A stretch of DNA of 63,981 bases, the filler included, from Candidatus Woesearchaeota archaeon (GTDB lineage Archaea; Nanobdellota; Nanobdellia; Woesearchaeales; WJIZ01), in NCBI GenBank assembly GCA_018221205.1. It is 7 parts of 7 records of this genome, joined end to end, with 100 filler letters (N's around TTAATTAATTAA, not from the genome) between each part and the next. Parts side by side here need not be neighbours in the genome. Positions count along the whole stretch, not along the records: positions 15,235 to 30,637 come from JAAOYF010000051.1; positions 30,738 to 45,377 come from JAAOYF010000053.1; 5 more parts are not named here. One strand, written 5' to 3'. The translations under genes were made by a program, and so were the position numbers. The notes below the pieces were generated by a model. That model was given only the letters and a program-made list of their open reading frames with translations, did not search any database and was not told the DNA's origin. This document shows, one piece after another, positions 28,594-39,221 of this stretch (positions are counted from its first letter, which is position 1; each line of letters opens with the position of its first letter).

Positions 28594-29783
28594 GAATAGC
28601 CATCTTTAGCGACACATTCTATCCGAAGATCGACGGTATCGTTACTTTTATTCAGCATGCAGCAGACTACCTCAACAAGCATGGACATAAAGTACTTATC
28701 GTCTGTCCTCAGTATAGCAAAGCGGATCCGGATGTGCCTTATGCAAAGCTGATACGGCTGTTCTCTGTTTCACTGCCTACGTATAAAGAGGTGAAGATCG
28801 TCCTCTTCAGATTCTCTACGCTTATGAAAGGGCTCCGTGCATTCAAACCAGACCTTATCCATATCAACACGCCTGGTTCTATAGGGGTGGCTGGAATCCA
28901 AGCTGCGCGAAAATTGGGCATCCCTGTTTTAGGCACCTACCATACTCTTGTCTCGGAGCAGATGATCTATGTCTCGCCCATGAATCTTCTGGGCATCAAT
29001 AAGCTGCTCGGCAGACAGCCGAATACCTCTGCTTTCCTCAAGAAAGAGAAGAGCATCCTCAAAGAATTTGGTTGGTGGAGCTCTTTAAAGGTGTACAACA
29101 GATGTGATATGGTCGCTGCCCCTTCAAAGGCCATTGTAAAATTGCTCCAGGAAAGAAAAGTGAAACCACCTGCAGTATTCCTATCAAATGGGATAGATCT
29201 AAAGAGCTTCACGCCTAAGAAGAGCTATCCAAAAAGGAAAGGGTTATTGTTATTGCATGTCGGCAGGATATCCTTTGAGAAGAACATCGATACGATCGTC
29301 AAGGCTGTGGAGATCTGCGTCAAGACTGAGAAGAACATACATCTGCATGTTGTTGGTGGAGGGCCTGCGCTTGATTCCCTGAAGAAGATGACGGAAGAGA
29401 GGAAACTTCTCCAGTACATCACCTTCCATGGAAGGGTGGACAACAAGAAACTCAAGCATCTTTACCAGGAGTCAGACGCTTTTGTCACGGCCAGCCCGAT
29501 GGAAACTCAAGGTATTGTCATCCTAGAAGCGATGGCATCCGGACTGCCAGTCATAGGAGTAAGGAAATATGCCATACCTGACCTGGTGAAAGATCATTTC
29601 AACGGCTTTTTGGCAGAGCCTTATGATGAAAAGAGCATGACTAAGGCTATCCTGAAGATGGTTAAAAATCGGTCCCTGCTCAAGACATACGGCAAGAATG
29701 CCCTGAAGACAGTCAAAGAGCATGAGCTTAACAGATGCATGAAAATCGTTGAGAAGACCTTCAAATCTGCAATTTCTCGTTAA
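28590..29783 (+). CDS. GT4 glycosyltransferase
   Basis: SDTFYPKIDG, GRISFEKN and ETQGIVILEAMASG motifs. Confidence 0.9.
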   Translation: MRIAIFSDTFYPKIDGIVTFIQHAADYLNKHGHKVLIVCPQYSKADPDVPYAKLIRLFSVSLPTYKEVKIVLFRFSTLMKGLRAFKPDLIHINTPGSIGVAGIQAARKLGIPVLGTYHTLVSEQMIYVSPMNLLGINKLLGRQPNTSAFLKKEKSILKEFGWWSSLKVYNRCDMVAAPSKAIVKLLQERKVKPPAVFLSNGIDLKSFTPKKSYPKRKGLLLLHVGRISFEKNIDTIVKAVEICVKTEKNIHLHVVGGGPALDSLKKMTEERKLLQYITFHGRVDNKKLKHLYQESDAFVTASPMETQGIVILEAMASGLPVIGVRKYAIPDLVKDHFNGFLAEPYDEKSMTKAILKMVKNRSLLKTYGKNALKTVKEHELNRCMKIVEKTFKSAISR

Positions 29784-29816
29784 CTTTAAAAAGCAGATGA
29801 GAAACTTCAGTCTAGT

Positions 29817-30003
29817 GCGTCGGTAGTCTAATGGTTAGGATAGAGGCCTTCCACACGTGGATCCACTGGGTCTACATGCAGACAGCCTTTGATCCGGGTT
29901 CGAATAACTGGTTACGCTCGGTTAACACGCAATGGGGGTTTCGCTTCGCTCAAGCCCCCGAGTAACAGATGGGCGTACTGTTGCGAAAGTCCCGGCCGAC
30001 GCA
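29817..30003 (+). tRNA. tRNA-Gly(TCC) with two introns: 37/38 (29854-29883) and 59/60 (29905-29989)
   Basis: GCGTCGG/CCGACGC acceptor and TCC at 29850-29852. The T arm CCGGG-TTCGAA^T-CCCGG is restored by splicing at a TTCG/CGAA helix with AA^T and AG^T bulges. Confidence 0.88.
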
Positions 30004-30035
30004 TCATTCATATAAATTAACGAGGAGCAAAAGAA

Positions 30036-30308
30036 ATGAGACAAAATGACAGACGTGGAAGTCGTGGTGGCAGTTCCAACAAAAGAGGCAGCCGTGACGG
30101 CTCCAGTAGAGGAGGCGACCGTGATGGTGGCTTTGGTGGAGGCGGTGGCTTCAATAGAGGCGGCGGTTTTAACCGAGGTCCGAGGGAAATGCATAAAGCG
30201 ACTTGTGCAGAATGCAATAGCGAATGTGAAGTCCCTTTTAAACCAACAGAAGGCAAACCAGTATATTGCAGAGACTGTTTTCAGAAACACAGACCTCCAC
30301 GGTTTTGA
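30036..30308 (+). CDS. RGG-rich CxxC-x17-CxxC zinc-ribbon protein
   Basis: CAEC...VPFKP.EGKPVYCRDC with a Gly/Arg-rich N-terminus. Confidence 0.88.
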   Translation: MRQNDRRGSRGGSSNKRGSRDGSSRGGDRDGGFGGGGGFNRGGGFNRGPREMHKATCAECNSECEVPFKPTEGKPVYCRDCFQKHRPPRF

Positions 30309-30407
30309 GGATTCAGTACACTGTTTTATTTATTATCTTACTTCATTTACTATCGGTATACTGCTTACAAAAAGGATAGTTTTCGCTGGGCAATGCATAT
30401 TTTCACC

Positions 30408-30596
30408 ATGAAAGGCAAAAAGGGATATGTCATGGCTGGAGCTGGTTTCTTTATGATTATCGTCAATGCCCTTGATTATCTTTTGGGATGGGATATAGAA
30501 TTCACTCCTTTGCTCATCATCGGATTGGTTTTGGTTGTTGTAGGCATGAATATGGATGACCTCCTCCCCGACTTGAAAGTCGGGGTATCCGCTTAA
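30408..30596 (+). CDS. Small two-TM protein whose C-terminus runs into an IS end
   Basis: Hydrophobic ORF; the last ~12 codons are read from the IS hairpin. Confidence 0.55.
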   Translation: MKGKKGYVMAGAGFFMIIVNALDYLLGWDIEFTPLLIIGLVLVVVGMNMDDLLPDLKVGVSA

Positions 30597-30637
30597 GCTT
30601 CTGCGTGGTGTTGTTCTTGATTTACTATGTACTTGAA
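30556..30637 (-). mobile_element. tnpA: IS200/IS605-family element: tnpA 3' end and right end, truncated by gap
   Basis: Minus strand 30637-30593 reads FKYIVNQEQHHAEA* (Y1 transposase YIxNQ motif), followed by hairpin CCCCGACT/AGTCGGGG (30566-30585) and GGTCA. Confidence 0.8.
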
Positions 30638-30754
30638 NNNNNNNNNNNNNNNNNNNNNNNNNNNNNNNNNNNNNNNNNNNNTTAATTAATTAANNNNNNN
30701 NNNNNNNNNNNNNNNNNNNNNNNNNNNNNNNNNNNNNAAGTGCGAAATTTGAGC

Positions 30755-32158
30755 CTATTGCTTCTCTCTGGCAACTTCTGCAGCCAAGTACTGAAATGAT
30801 TCATGGTCTATCGGACCTTCCAATCCTAAACCTATCCTTGCTGTTGCAATCCTTCCGATTCTGCGAATAGCAGCTCCCATGCTCTCTGTTCCGATAAGAT
30901 ATGCTGAAAGGTACATATCTCCAAAAAGAGGATGTTTGGACCATCTATCTACTTTAGCTGCATCAGAATCAGATTGTGCATATAATTCTCGAGCTTCTGC
31001 TACTACCTGCTCGCTCGTATAACCATCTCTTCTTCTCCTGATTACTGCCATATGTTTTGCTGCTGAATGTAATCTTTGCGCTGCAACAGTGACTTCTAAC
31101 CGATTAACAAAATCTTCACCCATTGTTTCTCTGTAATGCTCCATCGCAGCTTCATGACTTCCATACATAAGTTCTAATACTTGTTCTGCCCAACCCTCCT
31201 TTTGGAGACAGTCATTGGATGCCATCATATTCATACCCATCTCTGAAGGAAGTTTTCCTGCTCTTCTCATTAAATCAAAAACTGCACCCTGTACATAATG
31301 GCCCACAAGTTCATGCGATACTAAATGAAAGAAATCTTCCCTTGTTTTTGCTATATCTGTATTGTATTCAAATACTGAAGCAAGCTTAGGCGATCCATCT
31401 GGATTCTCTCCACCCATGTATAGGCTGAATCCTGTATATGGTACATCATTTACAGTCCTAAATTCTGCCCCATCAAATGCAACATCAGCAAGATGTGCAT
31501 CAAGACCAGGGATACCAAAATCCATTCTTTCGAACACATTTGCTCTCCAGTCTGCAAGAAGTAAGGTGAAAAAGTCATCTGCAGTTTGCTTTACTTGATC
31601 TCCTGGAAGAAGATTTGCATTATGCCATGCCCTGTAAGTTTCTCCAAGATCTCTATCTCCTACAATAACTCCCACGTTTCCAAGTGCTTGAACAAGTTGT
31701 TCTCTTTCCTTAGTTGGTGGTTCCAAAAATGGCTCACGAAAATTAGTTTTTTGATATTTCTCATCAAATGATGGTGCTTCTCTTGCCTCATCCACTTGAC
31801 TTAATGCATGTCGAAGTACTATATCTAATGTTTCAATCTTTCTTAGATTAACACCTCTTCTTGTTTCAGAAAATTGATCTGCTTCCGTTCTGAGCTCAAC
31901 TGCTAATGCTTCTAGTCTGTGACGATCAACATAATCAATAACTTCGGTTGGAGACATTTCCTCAAGATTAACACCTCCCGCAGCTCTAAGCCGAACAGCC
32001 ATAGGATCATCATATACATCAGGAATATCCATACGTAGTGGCCAACCATCTGCAATAACGTGGTCTCCACCATCGTCACTTTTATTGTCTCCTCCAACAA
32101 GAGTATCTGCACCATGAAGTAATGTGGCTAGCCTATGGACATAGCTTGTAGTCCCCAT
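30755..32158 (-). CDS. Hypothetical protein, possible DUF885-like metallopeptidase
   Basis: HELVGH plus downstream EGWA and a C-terminal AY..G. Confidence 0.6.
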   Translation of the reverse strand: MGTTSYVHRLATLLHGADTLVGGDNKSDDGGDHVIADGWPLRMDIPDVYDDPMAVRLRAAGGVNLEEMSPTEVIDYVDRHRLEALAVELRTEADQFSETRRGVNLRKIETLDIVLRHALSQVDEAREAPSFDEKYQKTNFREPFLEPPTKEREQLVQALGNVGVIVGDRDLGETYRAWHNANLLPGDQVKQTADDFFTLLLADWRANVFERMDFGIPGLDAHLADVAFDGAEFRTVNDVPYTGFSLYMGGENPDGSPKLASVFEYNTDIAKTREDFFHLVSHELVGHYVQGAVFDLMRRAGKLPSEMGMNMMASNDCLQKEGWAEQVLELMYGSHEAAMEHYRETMGEDFVNRLEVTVAAQRLHSAAKHMAVIRRRRDGYTSEQVVAEARELYAQSDSDAAKVDRWSKHPLFGDMYLSAYLIGTESMGAAIRRIGRIATARIGLGLEGPIDHESFQYLAAEVAREKQ

Positions 32159-32317
32159 ATGACTCAAGAATAGCCCACCAAACATAAATGCTATGGGTTA
32201 GATCGCAGATATTATGTATGCTTTCGCTTTCTATGCCATAAAGCGCAAAGCTTAATTTATGTGCAAGCATATTCTATCGAAACCTTTATAAAGATTTAAC
32301 CACTGTTTAGTGATAAA

Positions 32318-33325
32318 ATGGTACATTTCGCCAGTAGGCTCTATGATGGGCTGCCGACTGACTATAGTGCTAAAGCTGTAGCAGAATGGAGCAATTTGCC
32401 TAGTCCTAACTCTCCTGTGCCGAGAAAAAGATCAAGAGGCCTTATCGAACTGAGGGATACTGATCTGCCGAGGGGATATTTCTTGCCTGGATTCGGTACT
32501 GCCAGCAATGCGTATGTCTCTCTACCGATAACTGAAGTAGGAGATGGCTTCCAAAGAGCGTCAAACACAAAATCCACTATAGCCAGATTCATGAACGATC
32601 AGTTCGAAGCAGGTCCCTTTTCAGCGATTGATACAGTCTATCAAGATGCATATCAAGAACTGATGAAATTCGCAGAAAAAGAAGGCTACTCAAAAGGCTT
32701 TTCCATAGAAGCATTCAGCTCGGGATTCTTGCCAGAAGCTGCAGTCGCAGGTGTGTTGCCGTTAGGAGAAGACTTCTCAGTATTTTTCAAGAGCAGATAT
32801 TTTACAGATGCGACAAAATCAATCGCAAAAAACTATGGAGTAGATACTGAAACAGCAAAATTATACGTCATGATGCACGAATTCTCCCATCTGTTTGGCC
32901 TGCCCGGGGGTGTCGAAGGAGAGATGAATCTCGAGACTCTCTTGACAGAATTCGCAGACCATCAATTGAAGCAGGTGAAGTCTGCTGGAAAGATCGGCGA
33001 GACAAAAAGGATAGAGATGACAAGAATCTATAGGGATATCAAGAAGATCGCCTCTGCCCGTATACAGATGGTGCATGAACTTTATGGTAACAGGGATCTG
33101 GATGCGATGGTGCATAATCTGGTAGATGGAGAATCAGTCGAGAATCTTTCATTGGAGCAGCTTGAGACCTTATTTGATAGCCTCATCGATGAGCAGAAGG
33201 AATATGCCGAAAACCAGCCTGAATATCAGGATAGCGAAGACCCTGATTACATACCAGAGACTGAGAAGAAGCCCGATGAAGAGGATGACGAAGAAGAGGA
33301 AGTGCAAGAAGAGTCTTCAGAATAA
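32318..33325 (+). CDS. Hypothetical zincin-like protein with acidic tail
   Basis: HEFSH motif and D/E-rich C-terminus. Confidence 0.6.
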   Translation: MVHFASRLYDGLPTDYSAKAVAEWSNLPSPNSPVPRKRSRGLIELRDTDLPRGYFLPGFGTASNAYVSLPITEVGDGFQRASNTKSTIARFMNDQFEAGPFSAIDTVYQDAYQELMKFAEKEGYSKGFSIEAFSSGFLPEAAVAGVLPLGEDFSVFFKSRYFTDATKSIAKNYGVDTETAKLYVMMHEFSHLFGLPGGVEGEMNLETLLTEFADHQLKQVKSAGKIGETKRIEMTRIYRDIKKIASARIQMVHELYGNRDLDAMVHNLVDGESVENLSLEQLETLFDSLIDEQKEYAENQPEYQDSEDPDYIPETEKKPDEEDDEEEEVQEESSE

Positions 33326-34120
33326 TCTTTCTATATTGTTGATGAAAAACAGCCGTAAAAGGCTTATCAAAGGCACAAATCCGAATACTGCAGTAAAATA
33401 AAAAGCCATCATATTTATCTTAAAGACACCAGCCAAGATCAATAGCCCGGCAAGCAGCAGCATAAAGCTGAGGAGATAGGTCTTGATGATCTTCTTGAAT
33501 TCTCTGAAACCTACACTGAAGGTCTTGAGGAATGCAGGTATGATCTTGTTCTTCTGTATCGCAACAAGAGAGATGAACCAGAAATAAGAGATGATAATCA
33601 GTAAGACAAAGACAACAAAGGTGATGATGCCTTGGGTGATGACCGGGACAACAGAATTGACCATCGAGAGATAGACAGTGAGCAGAAAGCTGAGCACGAC
33701 AAAGATATAGAAAAATAAGCTAAACAATGAAAACTTGCCGATGTACGGCCAGAATCTCACTTTCCGAGCAGTGCGGGAAGCGAGAAAGAAATTTACACCC
33801 TGAAAAATGATCCACAAGACGAACATCACGACCGCAAGAAAATATAAAAACTCAAAAAGCTGTGAAGACAATGCTAAGAAATCAGCGCTCTTCGAGAATA
33901 TAGGTCTTTGAGAATCAAGGATGTCCAGACTAGGGGCTTCGATGCTCTGCATAAGGCCAGATAATCTCAAAAGAAGATTGAACACATTGAACATGATGAT
34001 AAAATACACAATGAAGAAGACAACAATGTAAAGAAAATCTACAATACTCGTCACGCTAAATAAAAGCCTGTTTTTTTTGACTACGTTCAAAGTCTCAAGA
34101 AGATTATTCGGCATCTTCAA
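33317..34120 (-). CDS. Multi-pass membrane protein
   Basis: About six TM helices; coupled to the upstream giant ORF. Confidence 0.75.
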   Translation of the reverse strand: MKMPNNLLETLNVVKKNRLLFSVTSIVDFLYIVVFFIVYFIIMFNVFNLLLRLSGLMQSIEAPSLDILDSQRPIFSKSADFLALSSQLFEFLYFLAVVMFVLWIIFQGVNFFLASRTARKVRFWPYIGKFSLFSLFFYIFVVLSFLLTVYLSMVNSVVPVITQGIITFVVFVLLIIISYFWFISLVAIQKNKIIPAFLKTFSVGFREFKKIIKTYLLSFMLLLAGLLILAGVFKINMMAFYFTAVFGFVPLISLLRLFFINNIERLF

Positions 34121-37100
34121 CTTTACATACCCTGTTCACACCATCGCGTACACAAGAGACTTCCTTGTCCTTAGTCGGCTCACATTTCACCGTACCACAC
34201 AGACAGGCCTTTGTCACTTCACCTGGCCAGCAGTCATCTAACTCCCCTGGTGCTTTGCATCTCACAGGGATATCGATGAGTTTTTTCTGCTGCTGTCCAA
34301 GATAAGTAGAGATCTGGCCTGACTTATCAGATGTTTCGCTCTCTTTATCATAGAACGTTAAGTCCATCTTCCACCTTTTCAAATCAGAAGTGCATACTTC
34401 AGGGGTGGTTGATTTATAGATGATATGGATTGCTGTCCCTTTCGGAGGCACAGCCTTGAAGACCATACGTAATCTACCATTTTCAAGATACAATATCTTA
34501 TCTGAAGGCAATGTGCCTGTGCCGATCTGATTCGTTTTGTTCGTTAGATTAGTATAAAGGGTGAACACTCCTTTATCCTCGAACGAGATATAGAAATCAG
34601 GATGTTCCAATCCAGGATTATCATCTTTCAGCTCAACAAGCTGGATATATTGCTTGCTGTACTCAAATGTGCTTTTTACCTGCTCAAAATCGCTCTTCTT
34701 CATCCTGTAGCCAGGCAGATCATCGATCTCATGCACACCATTCCCATTGAAAGGATAGGCTTCTGATTCCTCCAGCAATACACCATGATGATTATACGTT
34801 TTCATGACCAGTAATTTAGTATAAGGATTGAATTCTTTTGAAGAATCCTTTTCGACGTCTGCAGGCTGTCTCTGCACAATCTTCATCTTGACATTGATAG
34901 TATCCTCTCCTGTAAACACGTCCTTTGCCGACTGCGGTTCATTGAAGAACCTGATATAATTCTCATCCTCATAGCCAAGATCGCACCTGAACATGCCTTC
35001 TGCCACATCTAAGTCACAGAAAGCAGGAGGCTTTCCTCCTCTATCATCGATGCTGCACTCTGTCTGCCCATTCTTATCTGAATCATCGCTTATCCAGCTG
35101 ACGACCATCTTGTCATATCTCCAGGGTGCATCTCTGATATCCTGCCAAAGCTCTTCTTCGATCACCTGTCCTCGGGCAGCCCGTCCAGAGCCCATCGAGA
35201 CACTTCTCTCTTGCCTGCCGATCTTCACGCAATCGCATTCTCCAGTAGCAGTGTCACAGCTGTAATCATCTGAGCATACCAAAGTGACGCGATAGTTCAT
35301 CTCAGAGCCAGCCACCATGCCCAATCCAAGATGATAATTATAGGTAGTCAAGCCAGGGGGTGATGTCGTAGGATTGAAACTCACAAATCTTCTTTCACAA
35401 GGATAAGCAGCCGCGACTGTATTGACATCGATAGAGACATCTTCCTCTAAAAGTGCAGTGACATCTAAATCCCATGTTCCGGTAAAGGCCCATAAGCAGA
35501 CATTATGTACGAGTTTCCGTTCAGCAAACAACGCCTTATACATCGTCGAGCTGCCGTATCTATCGCTGATATCATTCGATATTTTGCCTCCAGCAGAGGT
35601 CAGCGCACCGAAGAAATTTCCTATCTTGCCCTCTGACCGTTCATAGCCCGTGCCGAATTTTTTCGTGAAGCATGATACCAATTCATAGATCAAATCGCAG
35701 ACATACACAGAAAGAACTGCTTTGCACATGCCTGCACTTCCGTCTCCTGTATAGAGTACAGTCTCAAAGCATATCCGTATAGCCTCCATCACTCTTTTCC
35801 ATAGGCTCAAGTATGAAGTGATCCCGGGGAAGCAGCCGCATTGGAAACTGCGTAATAATCCAGAAGTAGGATCCACGATATATTCTTTATCTGACACACC
35901 AAGAGTCTGTTGAAGATCATGATACACTTGTTTTGCCCTCACTTGAGAAGATTTCGTGGCAGTGACATATTTCGTCATGAAATCTCTTTCATATTCTTTC
36001 TGGTAATTCCTGCTTTCAGGATCTATCGAACTCGTATCAATATCAAAGTAGCCATGCTGAGTAAAAGGTTTGAATACTCGTGAAGTAGAGACACGAGAAG
36101 CTTTGAGTGGATTGAAATCTGTCTCTGCACTTTTTATCTCGCTCGTGATGATACCGATCTGGGCACTATACACGCTACCTGTATCGTCCCCGCCAGTAGA
36201 GCTGCCAGTGAATTTCTGAGGCAAAAATCTGAACCATACCTCAGTAGAGCTCTCCCCAGCCCTATATGATCTCTCTGATTCATTCTTTTCAGGCTTGTCT
36301 TTGAACGTATCATGCGCAGGAACAACTTCTGTAGGTGCGGTGCCGTCAGGCTCGCAAAAGCCCGCAACCGAATTCCATAATCGTCTTCCTGTACCGCAAT
36401 CATCATCCTCGATAGACAAGGTCCCTTCCTGCGCTCCTTTCTTATCCTCTAATGCAGCGCATTTGCTCTCTTTCAGTTCATCCATGATCAAGCAGCTAGG
36501 GTCCCATTCTTCCATATATTCAAAAGCGCAGCAATCATTAGAAGGGGCATGCAGATCTCCACACTTATTCTCTTCATCTTCTTTTGCCTCAACATAATCA
36601 GCATAGACCTTCTTGATGCCTGAATTGTCTCCAGTATACTGGATATAACTATTATATTCCGGGCCATACGCGCAGTCACTCACCACTTTCTCTTCCTTGG
36701 CAGCTTGTGCAGCTGTCAGAGGTGTACTCTTGCTGATATCTCGGGCATATTTCATGAATGTTGGAGCAGATGGACAGAATATCCTATCGCACACCCATTT
36801 CATCGTGTCTTGGAACTCCTTCTTGCTCCTGATAGCATCCTCACATTGCTGGCATGATGATTGTTTATCAGCATCATCAATGTATTCTTCCTCACACTGT
36901 CCTGTCTCTGCAAAGTAAGGGTTCCACCCTCCTTCACCGAACGCACTCAATGTAGAAGAGAACTCACAGCTGAAGCTCTCTTGGAACGCCAGCGCAAAAT
37001 CAACAAGAATTGAACCAGCACAAGTGTAAAAGAGGGCTTGTTTGACTGCATTCAATGGCTTCAATAAGGAATCGATGCCATTGATGGTCTCATTCAAGAA

Positions 37101-39221
37101 ATCAATCGAGCTCCGTAAGAATCCTTCAGGGATCTTGTCAGAAGGCAGCCTTCTGTCAATAGTAAGTTCAATATTCCAGCATTGCCTCTGCTTCGTCAAT
37201 TCGATCTCGCTTCTTTCAAAAGCAGTATATGCAGAGCCAGAAGCATCTGAATAGGCAAAATCAATGTCCATCACTAAAGGAATCTTCAAGCATCCTAATC
37301 CAGGTACTAAACAATCACCTTTCCTATGGTCAGAAAGGTTGTTCTCCATCTCTAAAGTGGTCATGCCTTCATCGAAAAATCCATCTAATTTCCGCAATTT
37401 GATCAGGACATAGCCCATCTTGCCATCCCTGCTAGGAGTATATTCTACGCTCTGTATCCAATCAAAATCATAATCACTTTTATCTGCATCGCTCAATTGG
37501 ATCCTGTCTGTTACATCAACATAGTTGATGCTGCCGTTTCTTGAACCGCCTTGCCATTCGATAGAGTTGACAGGGATGCCGATCTGCGCCTGCCCCTCCA
37601 ACATCAGCCTTGGAGTCAATACTTCTGGAGTCGCCTCTCCGACATCAATGCTCCACCAGCTTCCGTAGCCGCACGTCGCAAGGATCAGTCCATCTGCTAT
37701 TTCTAAAGGCTCTGACTCCAGGCCAGATTCTGTCTTGGCGATGATCTCGATGCTGTTATACCATGCAGTGCCGAACTCCTCGCCATAGCCTACACGGAGA
37801 TTGCTGTCTCTCCTCTCAGGATCATAATCCACTTCTTCATTAATATCATATCTAAGTTTTCTCTCCAGCTTGACCTGGACAGCGAAATTTCCTTCCTCAT
37901 CTACCTCCTTAGAATATTCCTTGCCATTCACCGTGACATAGACCGTAACTATCTGGCCTGGCTGTTTGCTTACTTTTCCTCTGATCGTCACATCAGTATG
38001 ATAGCTCGGGTTGATCTGATCAAGATTTGTCTCTAAGATGATAGGGATCTCTGTATCGACAGTCGTCTCCAATTCTTTGCTGGCAGTATTGCCTGCTTTA
38101 TCAGTAGCAGTGATCGTAATGATGTTCTTTCCCTTGAACAGCTCGATAGACTCAGAAAAATTTCCCTCGAGAGTTGCGCTCTGTGAAGACTCTTCTTCGA
38201 CAACGCAGAAATCAGCCAACGCATCAAAATTATCATCAAGCTCCCTTCCTGTATCAGGGGTGGTCACGCTGACAGGGCTGGATTTATCGCTTTTAGTGCA
38301 GTCAGCATCAAACGCAGCTATCTCATAAGTGTATCTTGTTGCTTTGTTCACCCCAGGATCGATGAACTGGTTATCATTGATCGTCGTCAGCGCCTTTCCG
38401 TCTCTGTAGATGACATATTGATAGATATCATCAAGCCTGTTCCACTCTAACTCTATAAGATTCTCTTCTGTTCTCAGCACCTTCAAGTCCTCGACTTGAG
38501 GAGGCCCTTCTTTCTCTTCTTCTCCTTGTTTCAGCAATATCTCTAAAAGAACCTCTTCATCCACTGTTCCTTGAATGAGGATACGTTCCTCATGGGAATA
38601 TTTGTCAAGTCCCTTTACTTCAAGTCTTGGAGGAGTAGAATCTATCGTGACACTTTGTTCAACAAAAGTCTCCAGACCGTCTGGATCTATCGAGACCACT
38701 CTGATGAGGGTTATCGCGCTTGGCAGGCCTACTCCTGAGAATTCAAATACCCCTGTCGGATCAGTATTCAATGAACGTTTCAATTCTCCGTTGATGTACA
38801 CCTGGACTTTTGACAGCGGAACTGTCTTTCCGGTCAAGTCTATCCTGTTGCTGCTGAAAAACTCCGGGATGGACACTTCCAAGAAAGGATCGCTGCTTTT
38901 CGTGACAAACTGTCCTGCTTCTGTAGCACAATCTTCTGCAGAAGTGCAGCTTTCAACAGCATAGAAATACTGAGTGCTCTCCCCTAAGCCTTCGATATCA
39001 AAAGAATGTCTTGTCTCAAGAAGATTGGAACTTTCTTCCAGGCCATAGTTTATATCTAATCCATATTCTATCTTCGCTGTTGCCGCTTCGTCGGTCTCCC
39101 AGTTGACATCAGCAGTTACTGTTCCGGCAACGATAGTGAGATTATTCAGGCTGACAGCATTGACGATAGGCATGAAGAATATTAGGAAAATCATAAAACC
39201 AGCTATTCGTTGCTTGTTCAT
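34104..39221 (-). CDS. Giant secreted or surface protein (FN3/Ig-like repeats plus Cys-rich core)
   Basis: 1705 aa; signal peptide; WETDE..YG FN3-like module; ITATDKAGN Ig-like module; many Cys. Confidence 0.8.
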   Translation of the reverse strand: MNKQRIAGFMIFLIFFMPIVNAVSLNNLTIVAGTVTADVNWETDEAATAKIEYGLDINYGLEESSNLLETRHSFDIEGLGESTQYFYAVESCTSAEDCATEAGQFVTKSSDPFLEVSIPEFFSSNRIDLTGKTVPLSKVQVYINGELKRSLNTDPTGVFEFSGVGLPSAITLIRVVSIDPDGLETFVEQSVTIDSTPPRLEVKGLDKYSHEERILIQGTVDEEVLLEILLKQGEEEKEGPPQVEDLKVLRTEENLIELEWNRLDDIYQYVIYRDGKALTTINDNQFIDPGVNKATRYTYEIAAFDADCTKSDKSSPVSVTTPDTGRELDDNFDALADFCVVEEESSQSATLEGNFSESIELFKGKNIITITATDKAGNTASKELETTVDTEIPIILETNLDQINPSYHTDVTIRGKVSKQPGQIVTVYVTVNGKEYSKEVDEEGNFAVQVKLERKLRYDINEEVDYDPERRDSNLRVGYGEEFGTAWYNSIEIIAKTESGLESEPLEIADGLILATCGYGSWWSIDVGEATPEVLTPRLMLEGQAQIGIPVNSIEWQGGSRNGSINYVDVTDRIQLSDADKSDYDFDWIQSVEYTPSRDGKMGYVLIKLRKLDGFFDEGMTTLEMENNLSDHRKGDCLVPGLGCLKIPLVMDIDFAYSDASGSAYTAFERSEIELTKQRQCWNIELTIDRRLPSDKIPEGFLRSSIDFLNETINGIDSLLKPLNAVKQALFYTCAGSILVDFALAFQESFSCEFSSTLSAFGEGGWNPYFAETGQCEEEYIDDADKQSSCQQCEDAIRSKKEFQDTMKWVCDRIFCPSAPTFMKYARDISKSTPLTAAQAAKEEKVVSDCAYGPEYNSYIQYTGDNSGIKKVYADYVEAKEDEENKCGDLHAPSNDCCAFEYMEEWDPSCLIMDELKESKCAALEDKKGAQEGTLSIEDDDCGTGRRLWNSVAGFCEPDGTAPTEVVPAHDTFKDKPEKNESERSYRAGESSTEVWFRFLPQKFTGSSTGGDDTGSVYSAQIGIITSEIKSAETDFNPLKASRVSTSRVFKPFTQHGYFDIDTSSIDPESRNYQKEYERDFMTKYVTATKSSQVRAKQVYHDLQQTLGVSDKEYIVDPTSGLLRSFQCGCFPGITSYLSLWKRVMEAIRICFETVLYTGDGSAGMCKAVLSVYVCDLIYELVSCFTKKFGTGYERSEGKIGNFFGALTSAGGKISNDISDRYGSSTMYKALFAERKLVHNVCLWAFTGTWDLDVTALLEEDVSIDVNTVAAAYPCERRFVSFNPTTSPPGLTTYNYHLGLGMVAGSEMNYRVTLVCSDDYSCDTATGECDCVKIGRQERSVSMGSGRAARGQVIEEELWQDIRDAPWRYDKMVVSWISDDSDKNGQTECSIDDRGGKPPAFCDLDVAEGMFRCDLGYEDENYIRFFNEPQSAKDVFTGEDTINVKMKIVQRQPADVEKDSSKEFNPYTKLLVMKTYNHHGVLLEESEAYPFNGNGVHEIDDLPGYRMKKSDFEQVKSTFEYSKQYIQLVELKDDNPGLEHPDFYISFEDKGVFTLYTNLTNKTNQIGTGTLPSDKILYLENGRLRMVFKAVPPKGTAIHIIYKSTTPEVCTSDLKRWKMDLTFYDKESETSDKSGQISTYLGQQQKKLIDIPVRCKAPGELDDCWPGEVTKACLCGTVKCEPTKDKEVSCVRDGVNRVCKVEDAE

